The notes: generated by a model from the sequence alone, not told the origin. Counted from the stretch's first letter, positions 18,859-29,311 are shown. The stretch is DNA of 64,000 bases from an uncultured Bacteroidales bacterium (GCA_964605655.1 CAZSDK010000020.1:6974-70973), one strand, 5' to 3'. Program-made: numbers and translations.

Positions 18859-20352
18859 TTATTTCCCGCCGACCGGCACCGGGCTGCCGACGCGCACCAT
18901 GGCACAACGGAATCCGATATCATCGGTGGATTGTTTTACGTCAAGGAACCTTCTCGATCCGGGGCTCAGCCAGTAAGCACGGTCTTTCCAGGAACCGCCT
19001 TTATAAACCCTGGCACTGTCATTGATCATGGAGGTACTGGAATAATCATACACGTCCTTGGTGGTGTTTTCTTCGGAAGTGTTCAGCCAGTTCTGATTGT
19101 TGATGGAAGAAGCATAATCACCATCCAGGTAGTTGATGTTATCGGCTTTCCTGTAATTCCTGCGGTTCAGACTTTCTTCCACGGTGACATCGCGCCACAC
19201 GATACGTCCAAGGCTGTCTTTCTCGGAGATATACCCTTCGGTATCTCTTTGCTGGGTTTTGTAGACATTACCCCTGAAAGGCCTGAAATCATCTTCATCT
19301 TCAAAAGAAAGAGGTCTGTAGACGTCCATAACCCATTCAGAGACATTGCCTGCCATGTTGTAAAGGCCATAGTCATTGGGCCAGTACGAAAGCACCGGAC
19401 CAGGGATATCGGAACCGTCGTTCAGGTTACCGGCAACGCCCATATAGTCGCCACGGCCTCTCATAAAGTTGGCGGTGAAATTGCCATAGAATTTATCGTC
19501 GGTGGTACGGGTAAAGTTCCCGTTCCAGGGATAATTTCTTCTTTCAACGATACGCTCATACTGTGTGTTCCCGATGAGGCCCAGTGCAGCATATTCCCAT
19601 TCGGCTTCAGTCGGCAGCCGGTAACGGGGAAGAAGGATCCCGTCTTCGATCCTGACGATCCTCTCACCGGTCCCGCTGGGGTTAAGATCTTCAAGCGGCG
19701 ATCTGACCAGTCCCTGGTACTGGCCCAACAGATAAGCATCGGTATTGAAATTGTCGGCGCTGGTCTGATCGATGTTCCAGTCAAGGATACCTTGTTCAAT
19801 AAGGATCATTTCATTGACACGGTCGGTTCTCCAGGCACAATAGTCACTGGCCTGGTTCCAGTTAACACCTACCACCGGATAATCCCGGTAAGCCGGATGT
19901 CTCAGGTACAGCTCCACCAGAGGTTCGTTGAAAGCCAGGCGGGCACGCCATACCAGTGAGTCAGGCAATGCTTTGCGGTAAACCTCCGGGTAGTCCATCC
20001 CATAGATACGCTTGGTCCAATAAAGGTACTCAAGGTAGTCGAGGTTCCTGACTTCGGTTTCATCCATGTAGAAGGATGAAACAGTGACCCTCTTGGGGAT
20101 GTTGTTCCAGCTGTACATCACGTTGTCCTGGGTATTACCCATAACGAAGGTACCTCCTTCAATCAGTACCAATCCGGGGCCGGTGGCCTGGTCAACAAAA
20201 TCAGCAACTTCAAAACCACCGTTTTCAGAGTTGTTGTATTCCCAGCCGGTACTGTTGGATACCTCCTGGGAACAGGAAACCAAGGCGAGTGCCAGTATTC
20301 CGAGGGCAACCTGACTCAGGATTTTGATCTTCCTTTTCATATCATTAATCAT
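18859..20352 (-). CDS. gldJ: Gliding-motility/T9SS-associated lipoprotein GldJ (FGE-sulfatase/SUMF1-like fold)
   Basis: Lipoprotein signal (ALALVSCSQ). FGE-like motifs (PVVGVNWNQASDYCAWR, YRLPTEAEWEYAA, NMAGNVSEWV, KGGSW, IGFRCA). The murF-adjacent position, next to porU/porV, matches my recollection of Flavobacterium johnsoniae. Confidence 0.8.
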   Translation of the reverse strand: MINDMKRKIKILSQVALGILALALVSCSQEVSNSTGWEYNNSENGGFEVADFVDQATGPGLVLIEGGTFVMGNTQDNVMYSWNNIPKRVTVSSFYMDETEVRNLDYLEYLYWTKRIYGMDYPEVYRKALPDSLVWRARLAFNEPLVELYLRHPAYRDYPVVGVNWNQASDYCAWRTDRVNEMILIEQGILDWNIDQTSADNFNTDAYLLGQYQGLVRSPLEDLNPSGTGERIVRIEDGILLPRYRLPTEAEWEYAALGLIGNTQYERIVERRNYPWNGNFTRTTDDKFYGNFTANFMRGRGDYMGVAGNLNDGSDIPGPVLSYWPNDYGLYNMAGNVSEWVMDVYRPLSFEDEDDFRPFRGNVYKTQQRDTEGYISEKDSLGRIVWRDVTVEESLNRRNYRKADNINYLDGDYASSINNQNWLNTSEENTTKDVYDYSSTSMINDSARVYKGGSWKDRAYWLSPGSRRFLDVKQSTDDIGFRCAMVRVGSPVPVGGK

Positions 20353-20376
20353 TCAAAGGTTCTTAAGACATTCTAA

Positions 20377-21414
20377 CTAAAACGACGGGCAATTTATTTT
20401 TCTGACCCTGGCTTTTTTCTCCGGGCAGGGGAAAAGCCAGCTGAAAGAGATTTCATGTGCACCGCCGGTGATATTGGTCAGTTTGGATACGGTCAGGTCA
20501 TAACTGTACCCAAGCTGGAATGAAGCTTGTTCAAAGCCTGCAAGCAGGATAAAGGCGTCGGCATTGTTGAAATTCTGCCTGAACCACAAACCGCCGACAA
20601 AAGGATACCGGTTGAAATAGACCCCGTAATTGATCTGCTCAAAGTTTTGCTGGCGCTGGTAGAGGATGTTGGGAGAAAGAGTGGGGTCATAGAGCTCACG
20701 ATTGTGCCCGCTTTTTCTTTTCAGATTGATGATACCTCCCATATGACCGGTGATCTTCATGTTCAGCTTGCTGCTGATCTCACTGTAAAAACCTTCATTG
20801 GGTTGTGTGAGGTGATGGATGGCGACGCCACCGAAAAAGCTCTTTCCATTACTCAGAAGAAATCCGGTCGAAAAGTCGGCAAAACCGATGCTGAGCTTTG
20901 CTGGTCTTTGCTCAGCGGTGTTGTTTACAAAGCCAAATCGCGGGTCTATCATATCAGGGAAAGTAAGCTTGTCCCAGTCAATCTTTCTCTGCATGTAAGT
21001 AGCCTGGAACCCGGTGTTCAGGAACCACTTCCTGTTCAGGGTCAACCTGTAAGAGTAAATTCCGCTTGCTGTATTGGTAGTAAGGGCGCCTTCACCGGCA
21101 CGGTCCGACCAGGCAAGGATTCCCACTCCGCCGGAGATCCGGTCCCAGTATTGGTCGTAAGAGGCACTGTAAGTTACATAAGTGCCTGAAATGGCAGGCC
21201 ATTGATTACGGTAATTGAAGCTGAGCCGCGGACATACTTTAGAACCGGCAAGGGCTGGATTCAGGTACAGTGGATTCGCGTAAAATTGCGAGAAGATGGG
21301 ATCCTGCGCCTGTACCGGCCGTTCGCTAAGAAACAGCAGTAACATAATGATCAGGCAACTTAGCTTCTTGAACATATCGAAAAGTAGGATGTTGATAAAT
21401 TTTTGAGAATACAA
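20377..21414 (-). CDS. PorP/SprF-family T9SS membrane protein
   Basis: Signature N-terminus after the signal peptide, QDPIFSQFYANPLYLNPALAG, and beta-barrel-like alternating sequence to the end. A more plausible start is the internal Met at 21375 (MFKKLSCLIIMLLLFL...). It lies 24 bp upstream of gldJ. Confidence 0.85.
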   Translation of the reverse strand: MYSQKFINILLFDMFKKLSCLIIMLLLFLSERPVQAQDPIFSQFYANPLYLNPALAGSKVCPRLSFNYRNQWPAISGTYVTYSASYDQYWDRISGGVGILAWSDRAGEGALTTNTASGIYSYRLTLNRKWFLNTGFQATYMQRKIDWDKLTFPDMIDPRFGFVNNTAEQRPAKLSIGFADFSTGFLLSNGKSFFGGVAIHHLTQPNEGFYSEISSKLNMKITGHMGGIINLKRKSGHNRELYDPTLSPNILYQRQQNFEQINYGVYFNRYPFVGGLWFRQNFNNADAFILLAGFEQASFQLGYSYDLTVSKLTNITGGAHEISFSWLFPCPEKKARVRKINCPSF

Positions 21415-21721
21415 TATTACGACATTTTTCGAAAAAAAAACCTTTTACCAAATTTTTAATCGGCGGCACATCCTATGAGTATCCAGTTTATACTCGACCC
21501 TCAGCGGAAAGTTACGATGCATCACCATTTTCAAATCATCCGTCCATGTATGTTATGATTTGATGTTTCTGCCTGTCTTTGGCTCTATCGAAAACTGTTG
21601 TAGTGAATAACTTGGAAATCATGGAATTGTTGCGGAAATTTGCAGTGAATATAATAATCAGGGGCGTTGGTTGTTATTATTTAGCTTCCTCTAAAGCCTT
21701 TCATCCCTTAAAAACTGGTAC

Positions 21722-24700
21722 ATGAGTCATAGATGCTCCATTATTACTTTTCTGATATTATGGGTGTTGACTGGATCTGCCTCTCTTTCGGCACAGGAGG
21801 CGGTGAATGCTTCACACCGGGAGATCAGGTGGCTGGGGATCAGGACTTTTGACGACAGCCTCCTGCCTCAAAACAGGTTCTTGTATTTTCAGGGCGCCAC
21901 CTTCATTTCCTCTGAATCTCCCTTGCCTTCTTACCAGGAGGTCATCCCCAATCCTTCCGGCAAAATTGCAATATCAGCCGGGCTTACCAATACCCGTTTT
22001 GAAGATCTTAACCCCGAAGAACAATCGTTGATCCAAAATCCGGAAGGAATTGGAAAAGAAGTCCTGTTAACCCTGGACCCAGTATATCAGCAAAAAAAAT
22101 CGTTTACTAACATCACCTTTTTCCCTTTCAGGAGGGATCCGCTTACAGGCCATCTGCAGCGGCTGCTGAGTTTCGATCTGGAAATCAGCTACCAGGATGA
22201 TCTTGCCGGAGACCTTCCCTCCAGGACCTTTGCATCCCATTCCGTGCTTTCATCCGGTGACTGGTACAAGATGGGAGTGGGTGTCACCGGAATCTTCCGC
22301 ATCACTTACCAGGACCTGGTGTCCTTCGGTCTCAACCCTTCCACATTCGATCCCAGGCAAGTTAGGATCTACGGGAACGGCGGAGGCATGCTCCCTGAAA
22401 AAAATGTTGAATTCCGGTATGACGACCTGGTCGAGAATGCCATCGTGGTGGTTGGTGAAGAGGATGGTACTTTCGACCCCGGTGATTATATCCTGTTTTA
22501 CGGTCAAGCTCCCAATGTCTGGAAATACAACGACATCCTTCAGAAATTCACCCATTATAATCACCTGTATACCAACCTGAATTACTATTTCCTCACCACC
22601 GACCTCGGCCCTGGCAAAAGGGTTTCTGTCATTCCTCAGGTCACAGAACCCTTTACTCACAGGGTTGTCCGTTTCAATGACTATGCCGCCCATGACCTTG
22701 ACCAGAGAAATCTTATAAAATCCGGAAAGGTATGGTACGGTGAAGTCTTTGATATCATCACTACCCAGGATCTTCCAGCCTTCAGCTTCCCCAACATCGA
22801 CGGGGACACCCCGCTCAGGATGGATGTGGATTTTGCCGCCCGTGCCAACGTCAACAGCACCATCAAAGTTTATGTGAACAACGGGGAAGCGATCAACGCA
22901 CAGATACCCCCGATATCTCCTCAGTATAACACCGACTATGCCGCGGCTTTTAACACCAGTAAGACTTTTTACCTGAATATCCCGACGGTCAATGTCAGGG
23001 TGAAATACCTTCCGCCTGCGTCTGATGCCATGGGATGGCTTAATTATGTGGAATTCAATGTGACCCGTTACCTTTCCATGGTAGGGGATCAGATACCCTT
23101 CAGGAATATTACGACCCTTGGTGAAGGGAACATTACCGAGTTTGCCATGGGCAATGCCACCTCCCAGGTCAAAATATGGGATGTCACCAATCCTCTGGAA
23201 CCAGGACTCGTCACGGCTCAATTAACCGGCGACAGCCTGATTTTCCGTTCCCCGACCGACAGCCTGAGGGAATTTATCGCTTTTAACGGAAACTCATTCC
23301 ATACGGTGGCTGCTGCCACTAAAATTCCCAACCAGGACCTTCATGCCACGCCCGAGTACGACATGATCATAGTGGCCCACCCCCTGTTCATGTCACAAGC
23401 CAATGAACTGGCACAGATTCACCGTGATGAAGGATTAAGTGTGTTCGTGGTGACCCCTTCTCTCATTTATAATGAATTTTCCTCCGGAGCCCAGGATGTT
23501 GGTGCCATCAGGGATTTTGTCCGGTTGCTTTACCTCAATGCCACTCCGGGCCATGAGCCAAAATACCTTTTACTGTTTGGTGACGGATCATACGATTACA
23601 AAGGCATCATTAATAACAACACCAATTTTGTCCCTACTTTCCAATCTTCCAGTTCACTAAAACCAACGGATTCCTATGTTACCGATGACTTTTTCGGATT
23701 GATGGACCCCGGGGAAGGAGGGGATGCCTATGGCACTCTGGACCTGGGTGTGGGCAGGTTTCCCGTGAAGACCACCGAGGAAGCGGATTACATTCTGCTC
23801 AAGATCAAGCGGTACATGGGATTGATACCGCAAACACAGGGGAATAACTATTCCAACAGTATTCCGCGCCTGGGAGAATGGAGAAACATGGTTTGTTTTG
23901 TAGCCGATGACCAGGATAACAACATGCACCTGGACCAGGCTGAGGATCTCTCGACCTATATTGACACGGCCTTCGATGCTTACAATATCGACAAGATCTA
24001 TTTTGATGCTTATAAGCAGCAGTCCACCCCCGGAGGACAGAGATTTCCGGAAGTGACCGCCGACATCAACAAAAGAATGGCCAAGGGAGCCCTGATCGTG
24101 AATTATACCGGTCATGGCGGGGAAACCGGGTGGGCTCACGAGAGGGTCCTGGAAATCTCAGACATCAACAGCTGGAACAATAGCTGGGACATGCCGGTTT
24201 TTGTCACCGCCACCTGTGAATTCAGCCGCTTCGATGACCCTGAAAGGACCTCGGCCGGGGAATTTGTCTTCCTTAATCCCGTTGGTGGGGGTATCTCCCT
24301 GTTCACCACCACCCGCCTTTCGTTCTCTTCTTCCAATTTCGCTCTGAACATGAATTTCTATTATCATGTTTTTGATAAGATCGATGGTCGTCCGCTCAGA
24401 ATGGGTGAAGTGATCATGAAAGCCAAGACCCCGTCTAACCCCAATATCAGGAATTTCGTGCTCCTGGGAGATCCCGCCCTGGGATTGGTTTGTCCCAGGT
24501 ATTCTGTTGCTACTTCTTCGGTGAATGGAAATCCTGTTTCCTCGGTGCCTGATACCATCAGGGCGTTCTCACAGGTGACCATCACAGGATACATCCAGGA
24601 CGATAACGGTTTGAAGATCAATGATTTTAACGGGACTCTCTACCCCACTATTTTTGATAAGCCCATCACCGTCACCACGCTCGGGAACGACGATGAAAGT

Positions 24701-25579
24701 CCTCCCACCACTTTTTCTCTCCAAAAGAATGTTCTTTACAAGGGTAAAGTCAGTGTCGTCAACGGAGATTTCAGCTTCACCTTCATTGTGCCCAGGGATA
24801 TCGCCTATAAATTCGGTGCCGGAAAGATCAGTTATTATGCCCAGAACGGAGTCACTGATGCCCATGGATCCTACGAAAACATCATCATAGGAGGATCAGA
24901 GACCAATTTCGAGGAGGATATTACCGGTCCTGATATACAGGTATTTATGAATGATACCAATTTCAGGTTTGGAGGATTGACCGACCAGAATCCGGTGCTG
25001 CTTTGTTATGTGTCAGATATTCATGGCATTAACATGGTTGGCAATGGAATTGGTCATGACATTGTTGCCGTTCTGGATGAGGATACGGAGAACTCTCTGG
25101 TACTGAATGACTATTATGAATCAGACCTGGATTCTTATCAAAGCGGAAGGATACAATATCCGTTTTTCGATTTGTCGGAAGGCTTGCACACGCTCAGGGT
25201 AAAGGTTTGGGACGTCTATAATAATTCATCGGAAGCTTATACTGAATTTGAGGTGATCTCAAACGGCAGTATGTATATTGACAATCTGATGAATTATCCG
25301 AACCCTTTTATCGACCAGACTTCCTTTGTTTTCAATCATAATCAGCCGGGCACCAACCTTGAGGTGGAGATCCAGATCTTTTCCATGTTGGGAGAGCAGG
25401 TGAAAACTCTGAAATATGATTTGTTTACCGAAGGATACAAAGCGGGCCCCATTCGTTGGGACGGAAGAAGTGCCCAGGGAGGCCGGCTGAACCGCGGAAT
25501 GTATCTTTACAGGCTTACGGTAAGAAATCCCAAAGGGGAGACGGTGGAAAAGAATTCTAAGTTAATAGTGCTGAAATAG
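21722..25579 (+). CDS. porU: T9SS C-terminal signal peptidase/sortase PorU (peptidase C25 family)
   Basis: 1285 aa with a signal peptide. Gingipain-like C25 catalytic region (YLLLFGDGSYDYKG; NYTGHGGETGWAHE; FVTATCEFSRFDDP) and its own C-terminal Por tail (NYPNPFIDQTSFVF...GMYLYRLTV...LIVLK). It is followed by porV. Confidence 0.85.
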   Translation: MSHRCSIITFLILWVLTGSASLSAQEAVNASHREIRWLGIRTFDDSLLPQNRFLYFQGATFISSESPLPSYQEVIPNPSGKIAISAGLTNTRFEDLNPEEQSLIQNPEGIGKEVLLTLDPVYQQKKSFTNITFFPFRRDPLTGHLQRLLSFDLEISYQDDLAGDLPSRTFASHSVLSSGDWYKMGVGVTGIFRITYQDLVSFGLNPSTFDPRQVRIYGNGGGMLPEKNVEFRYDDLVENAIVVVGEEDGTFDPGDYILFYGQAPNVWKYNDILQKFTHYNHLYTNLNYYFLTTDLGPGKRVSVIPQVTEPFTHRVVRFNDYAAHDLDQRNLIKSGKVWYGEVFDIITTQDLPAFSFPNIDGDTPLRMDVDFAARANVNSTIKVYVNNGEAINAQIPPISPQYNTDYAAAFNTSKTFYLNIPTVNVRVKYLPPASDAMGWLNYVEFNVTRYLSMVGDQIPFRNITTLGEGNITEFAMGNATSQVKIWDVTNPLEPGLVTAQLTGDSLIFRSPTDSLREFIAFNGNSFHTVAAATKIPNQDLHATPEYDMIIVAHPLFMSQANELAQIHRDEGLSVFVVTPSLIYNEFSSGAQDVGAIRDFVRLLYLNATPGHEPKYLLLFGDGSYDYKGIINNNTNFVPTFQSSSSLKPTDSYVTDDFFGLMDPGEGGDAYGTLDLGVGRFPVKTTEEADYILLKIKRYMGLIPQTQGNNYSNSIPRLGEWRNMVCFVADDQDNNMHLDQAEDLSTYIDTAFDAYNIDKIYFDAYKQQSTPGGQRFPEVTADINKRMAKGALIVNYTGHGGETGWAHERVLEISDINSWNNSWDMPVFVTATCEFSRFDDPERTSAGEFVFLNPVGGGISLFTTTRLSFSSSNFALNMNFYYHVFDKIDGRPLRMGEVIMKAKTPSNPNIRNFVLLGDPALGLVCPRYSVATSSVNGNPVSSVPDTIRAFSQVTITGYIQDDNGLKINDFNGTLYPTIFDKPITVTTLGNDDESPPTTFSLQKNVLYKGKVSVVNGDFSFTFIVPRDIAYKFGAGKISYYAQNGVTDAHGSYENIIIGGSETNFEEDITGPDIQVFMNDTNFRFGGLTDQNPVLLCYVSDIHGINMVGNGIGHDIVAVLDEDTENSLVLNDYYESDLDSYQSGRIQYPFFDLSEGLHTLRVKVWDVYNNSSEAYTEFEVISNGSMYIDNLMNYPNPFIDQTSFVFNHNQPGTNLEVEIQIFSMLGEQVKTLKYDLFTEGYKAGPIRWDGRSAQGGRLNRGMYLYRLTVRNPKGETVEKNSKLIVLK

Positions 25580-25617
25580 AATTTGTTTCACAAACAATAA
25601 GGATTATAAATAATCGT

Positions 25618-25625
25618 TACCTTTG
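25618..25625 (+). promoter_or_regulatory. Bacteroidetes -7 promoter box TAnnTTTG (tacctttg) upstream of porV
   Basis: Exact consensus match 30 nt upstream of the porV ATG. Confidence 0.5.
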
Positions 25626-25655
25626 CACCACTTTTAAAAACCCAACGCTTTTCTC

Positions 25656-26858
25656 ATGATCATCAGCAATGGTAGACTCCGTTTGGCATTGATGCTTATT
25701 TTCCTGCCAATGTCCATCCATGTCTTTGCACAGGATAATTCACTGAACACCATAACCACCGCCGTTCCTTTCCTGATGGTGGCACCCGATTCCAGGGCAG
25801 GCGCCCTTGGTGATGCGGGTGTTTCTTCCACTCCCGATGCCAATTCCCTGCATTGGAATCCGGCGAAATTCGCCTTTATCGAAAAGGATATGGGTGTATC
25901 CATTTCCTACAGCCCCTGGCTTAAGGCCCTGGTCAACGATATTAACCTGGCTTATGTCACCGGGTATAAAAGAATTGATAAAATGTCGGCCTTTGGCGTA
26001 TCTCTCCTGTATTTCTCACTGGGAGATATCACTTTCACCGATTACATAGGCGTGGAGACCGGTAACTACCGGCCCAATGAATTCGCGGTGGACGGCACCT
26101 ATTCAAGGAAGTTTACCGATAACCTGTCCATGGCCATTTCAGGAAGGTATATCTACTCCAACCTGACCCTGGGACAGTTTGTCGACGGTCAGGAGACCCA
26201 TGCCGGCCAGTCGATCGCCACCGATGTGGCCTTTTATTACCGAAGGCTGTTGAAATTCAAGAACAACATGGACGGGCAGTGGGCTTTCGGTGCCAATATC
26301 TCCAATATCGGCTCGAAAATTTCATACACCTCCAGTACCGAGAGGGATTTTATCCCCACCAACCTCAGGCTGGGACCCTCCCTGACCCTTGACCTGGATG
26401 ATTACAACCGTATCTCCTTTATGGTTGACCTGAGTAAATTGCTGGTCCCCACTCCTCCCGAGTATCTCTTGTCAGAAAATAATACTCCCGTGCTGGATGC
26501 TAACGGAAATCCTGTCATCGCCAGGGGAAAAGACCCCAATGTAGGTATCGTGAAAGGGATGATACAGTCGTTCAACGATGCTCCCGGCGGTTCCAAGGAA
26601 GAATTAAGGGAGATCAATTACTCCGCTGGTGTTGAGTATTGGTATGACAAGCAATTTGCCGTCAGGGGAGGTTATTTCTACGAAAACATGTACAAGGGTA
26701 ACCGCAAGTATTTTACACTGGGTGCCGGATTGAAATATAACGTTTTTGGCCTGGACTTCTCCTACCTCATACCTATGGAACAGCGTAACCCACTGGAAAA
26801 CACCATCCGTTTCTCCCTGCTGTTCGACATGGATGCTTTCAAAGAGCAGAACAACTAA
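25656..26858 (+). CDS. porV: T9SS outer-membrane shuttle protein PorV (LptO)
   Basis: 400 aa with a signal peptide. N-terminal signature ITTAVPFLMVAPDSRAGALGDAGVSSTPDANSLHWNPAKFAF, and an FadL-like beta-barrel sequence ending in an aromatic-rich C-terminus. Confidence 0.85.
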   Translation: MIISNGRLRLALMLIFLPMSIHVFAQDNSLNTITTAVPFLMVAPDSRAGALGDAGVSSTPDANSLHWNPAKFAFIEKDMGVSISYSPWLKALVNDINLAYVTGYKRIDKMSAFGVSLLYFSLGDITFTDYIGVETGNYRPNEFAVDGTYSRKFTDNLSMAISGRYIYSNLTLGQFVDGQETHAGQSIATDVAFYYRRLLKFKNNMDGQWAFGANISNIGSKISYTSSTERDFIPTNLRLGPSLTLDLDDYNRISFMVDLSKLLVPTPPEYLLSENNTPVLDANGNPVIARGKDPNVGIVKGMIQSFNDAPGGSKEELREINYSAGVEYWYDKQFAVRGGYFYENMYKGNRKYFTLGAGLKYNVFGLDFSYLIPMEQRNPLENTIRFSLLFDMDAFKEQNN

Positions 26859-27340
26859 TGTTTCCTTATAGGATAGGCTTTGGCCTTGATGTCCACCGGC
26901 TGGAACCCAACCGGGTTTTCATGCTTGGAGGTATTCAGATCCCGCATGATAAGGGCGCTATAGGCCATTCCGATGCCGACACCCTGATCCATGCCGTTTG
27001 TGACGCCCTGCTGGGAGCTGCCGACCTGAGGGATATAGGGTTTCATTTCCCTGATTCTTCGGCTTCTTACAAAGGTATCGACAGTAAGATCCTTCTAAAA
27101 GAGGTGGCTGAAAAGGTAGCAGCCTCAGGATTCACCATCGGCAATATCGATGTAACGGTAGTCCTGCAAATACCAAAATTGTCCCCCTACATTCCAGAAA
27201 TGAAAACGGTCCTTGCAGGCATTATGGGCATCCTGCCTGAACAATTGTCCATCAAGGCGAAGACCTCAGAACTTCTGGGCTTTGAAGGAAGGGAAGAGGG
27301 CCTGACAGTGTACGCTGTAGCTCTTCTTCAGAAAAACTGA
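26858..27340 (+). CDS. ispF: 2-C-methyl-D-erythritol 2,4-cyclodiphosphate synthase
   Basis: 160 aa. IGFGLDVHRL ... GHSDADTLIHAVCDALLGA. The start overlaps the porV stop (TAATG). Confidence 0.95.
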   Translation: MFPYRIGFGLDVHRLEPNRVFMLGGIQIPHDKGAIGHSDADTLIHAVCDALLGAADLRDIGFHFPDSSASYKGIDSKILLKEVAEKVAASGFTIGNIDVTVVLQIPKLSPYIPEMKTVLAGIMGILPEQLSIKAKTSELLGFEGREEGLTVYAVALLQKN

Positions 27341-27849
27341 GACACTTCTTTTTTTAGAAATTCGGTGGCGGTAGCCAGAGGGGGTTTTTCTGTTTTCAGA
27401 TAATTTTCGAAAATCTTCTGTGCCAGGTCCATGCTTTGAGCCTCCTGTGGCAATTCTGAGGCTGACTGGTTGATGATGCGGATCAATTCTTCCTTCCCGG
27501 TTTTAACCATCTCCCAACTTTTCACCGTGAGATAGACCTGTAGGGAAAGGTTGTGCTCATATTCCTCCCTAATTGCCTGTACCAAAGCAGATTGCAGCCT
27601 CCTGGCATCCATCTCCGGCTGGTTGACCCTCAGGATCAGGTTGGCGGGAGAGATCCTTTCAAGGAAAAGGACCACCCTCTCATAAGCCTGTAACCGTATC
27701 GGGGTGATGGTGGACCTGTTCTGGTCTCTCCAGGCGGCCTGACGGTTTTTCTGTTCATTATCGAAAAAGAACTTCACGGTAAGGACCATGGCAGCACCCA
27801 TGACCAGGGAAGGAAGAATATACTTCAGGATTTCAGCAATATCATTCAT
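27328..27849 (-). CDS. Hypothetical membrane-anchored protein
   Basis: 173 aa with one N-terminal TM helix (ILPSLVMGAAMVLTVKFFF) and a helical remainder. I recognise no family. Coding-like composition and clean boundaries. Confidence 0.55.
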   Translation of the reverse strand: MNDIAEILKYILPSLVMGAAMVLTVKFFFDNEQKNRQAAWRDQNRSTITPIRLQAYERVVLFLERISPANLILRVNQPEMDARRLQSALVQAIREEYEHNLSLQVYLTVKSWEMVKTGKEELIRIINQSASELPQEAQSMDLAQKIFENYLKTEKPPLATATEFLKKEVSQFF

Positions 27850-27931
27850 GGCAACAAGAGATTTCCAATACGCAAATTTCTGATTATTTATTCATTGTAT
27901 TGTTAAGATGTTAACAGTTTTGAAAAATTTG

Positions 27932-27939
27932 TACCTTTG
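27932..27939 (+). promoter_or_regulatory. -7 promoter box TAnnTTTG (tacctttg) upstream of the aminotransferase gene
   Basis: Exact consensus match; it would give a leader of about 105 nt. Confidence 0.4.
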
Positions 27940-28051
27940 TTCTTTGATCTGCAACAATCTCTGAGTTTCCCCCGGTAAGTGAATGAATGACTTTCCGGGA
28001 TGAGACCAGAGGTTTTCGTTTTGGTGAAACTCTTAAACTATCTTAACTACT

Positions 28052-29257
28052 ATGGAAAACTTACTGTCTAAAAGGGTCAATAATCTCGCGGAATCGGAAA
28101 CCCTTGCCATGACCAGGATAAGTCGTGAGCTGCAGGCACAGGGACATAAGGTGATCAATCTGAGCATCGGGCAACCTGACTTCCACACCCCACAATTCAT
28201 CAAAGATGCAGCTGTTGAGGCCCTTGAGCAAAACTACACCCAGTACTCTCCTGTCCCGGGTTATCTCGACCTGAGAGAAGCCATCTGCGAAAAACTGCTG
28301 AGGGATAACCAGCTTCCTTATACTCCCGACCAGATCGTGGTCAGCACCGGGGCCAAGCAGTCGCTGGCCAACCTGGTGCTTTGCCTAATCAATCCCGGTG
28401 ACGAGGTCATCCTGCCGGTCCCTTTCTGGGTGAGCTACAAAGAAATGGTGAAACTCGCCGAGGGTACTTCGGTATACCTCCCTACCACCATTGCCACCGA
28501 CTTCAAGGTCACTCCTGAGCAGTTGGAGAATGCCATCACTCCCCGAACCAAGATGTTCATGTTCTCGAGTCCCTGCAATCCTTCAGGATCGGTGTACACG
28601 AAAGAGGAGCTGAAAGCACTGGCAGCAGTGTTTGCCAGGCATCCCCAGGTATTTGTGGTATCGGATGAGATCTATGAACTGATACAGTTCGCCCATAAGC
28701 ATGAGACCATTGCCCAGTTCCCGGAAATCAAAGACCAGGTCATCGTGGTCAACGGCGTGTCAAAAGGTTTTGCAATGACGGGCTGGCGTGTAGGATACAT
28801 CGCGGCTCCAAAGTTCATCGCCAAGGCTTGTGACAAGTTACAGGGACAGGTCACTTCGGGTACCTGCAGCATCGCTCAGAGAGCCACCTTGAAAGCGCTT
28901 TTAAAGGATCCCTCGGATGACAGGGATCTTCAGACTATGGTTCAGGCTTTCAGGGAAAGGAGGGATCTGTTGCTGGAGATGCTGAAAGATATTCCCGGTT
29001 TGAAGACCAATGTTCCTGAAGGTGCTTTTTATGTCTTTGCCGATTGCACCCATTATTTCGGAAAGACGGATGGGACCAAAACCATCCGTGATGCCAACGA
29101 CCTGAGTTTCCACCTTCTTTACCAGGCTTTTGTTGCCACGGTCTCAGGTTCTGCCTTTGGTGATCCTTCCTGTATTCGTCTCTCCTATGCGACCTCCAAA
29201 GAACAGTTGAAGGAAGCAGTGGAAAGGATCAGGGTTTGCCTGGCAGCACTCCGTTAG
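28052..29257 (+). CDS. Pyridoxal-phosphate-dependent aminotransferase, class I (aspartate aminotransferase-like)
   Basis: 401 aa. PLP-lysine motif NGVSKGFAMTGWRVGY, plus LSIGQPDF and SPCNPSG motifs. Confidence 0.9.
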   Translation: MENLLSKRVNNLAESETLAMTRISRELQAQGHKVINLSIGQPDFHTPQFIKDAAVEALEQNYTQYSPVPGYLDLREAICEKLLRDNQLPYTPDQIVVSTGAKQSLANLVLCLINPGDEVILPVPFWVSYKEMVKLAEGTSVYLPTTIATDFKVTPEQLENAITPRTKMFMFSSPCNPSGSVYTKEELKALAAVFARHPQVFVVSDEIYELIQFAHKHETIAQFPEIKDQVIVVNGVSKGFAMTGWRVGYIAAPKFIAKACDKLQGQVTSGTCSIAQRATLKALLKDPSDDRDLQTMVQAFRERRDLLLEMLKDIPGLKTNVPEGAFYVFADCTHYFGKTDGTKTIRDANDLSFHLLYQAFVATVSGSAFGDPSCIRLSYATSKEQLKEAVERIRVCLAALR

Positions 29258-29267
29258 ACGTTTTTTT

Positions 29268-29311
29268 AGCCGAGGGACTCCATCCCCTTAAGGGGATGGA
29301 GTCCCTCGGCT
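29268..29311 (+). terminator. Perfect 44-bp palindrome (22-bp stem) followed by a T-rich tract; intrinsic terminator of the aminotransferase gene
   Basis: agccgagggactccatcccctt|aaggggatggagtccctcggct, followed by aattatttt. It starts 11 nt after the stop codon. Confidence 0.75.

Noticed and set aside
18829-19959. 376-aa plus-strand ORF
   Set aside because: It lies entirely antisense to gldJ (18859..20352), which has strong family motifs. The ORF's translation is low-complexity (rich in G, V, I, P) with no recognisable motifs. This is a shadow ORF.
22250-23221. 323-aa minus-strand ORF inside porU. The same reasoning applies to 20527..21189 (antisense to porP/sprF), 44222..45028 (antisense to sdhA), 49620..50234 (antisense to the photolyase gene) and 30416..30793 (antisense to aspS).
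   Set aside because: All are antisense to genes with strong family signatures, and their own translations have no recognisable motifs.
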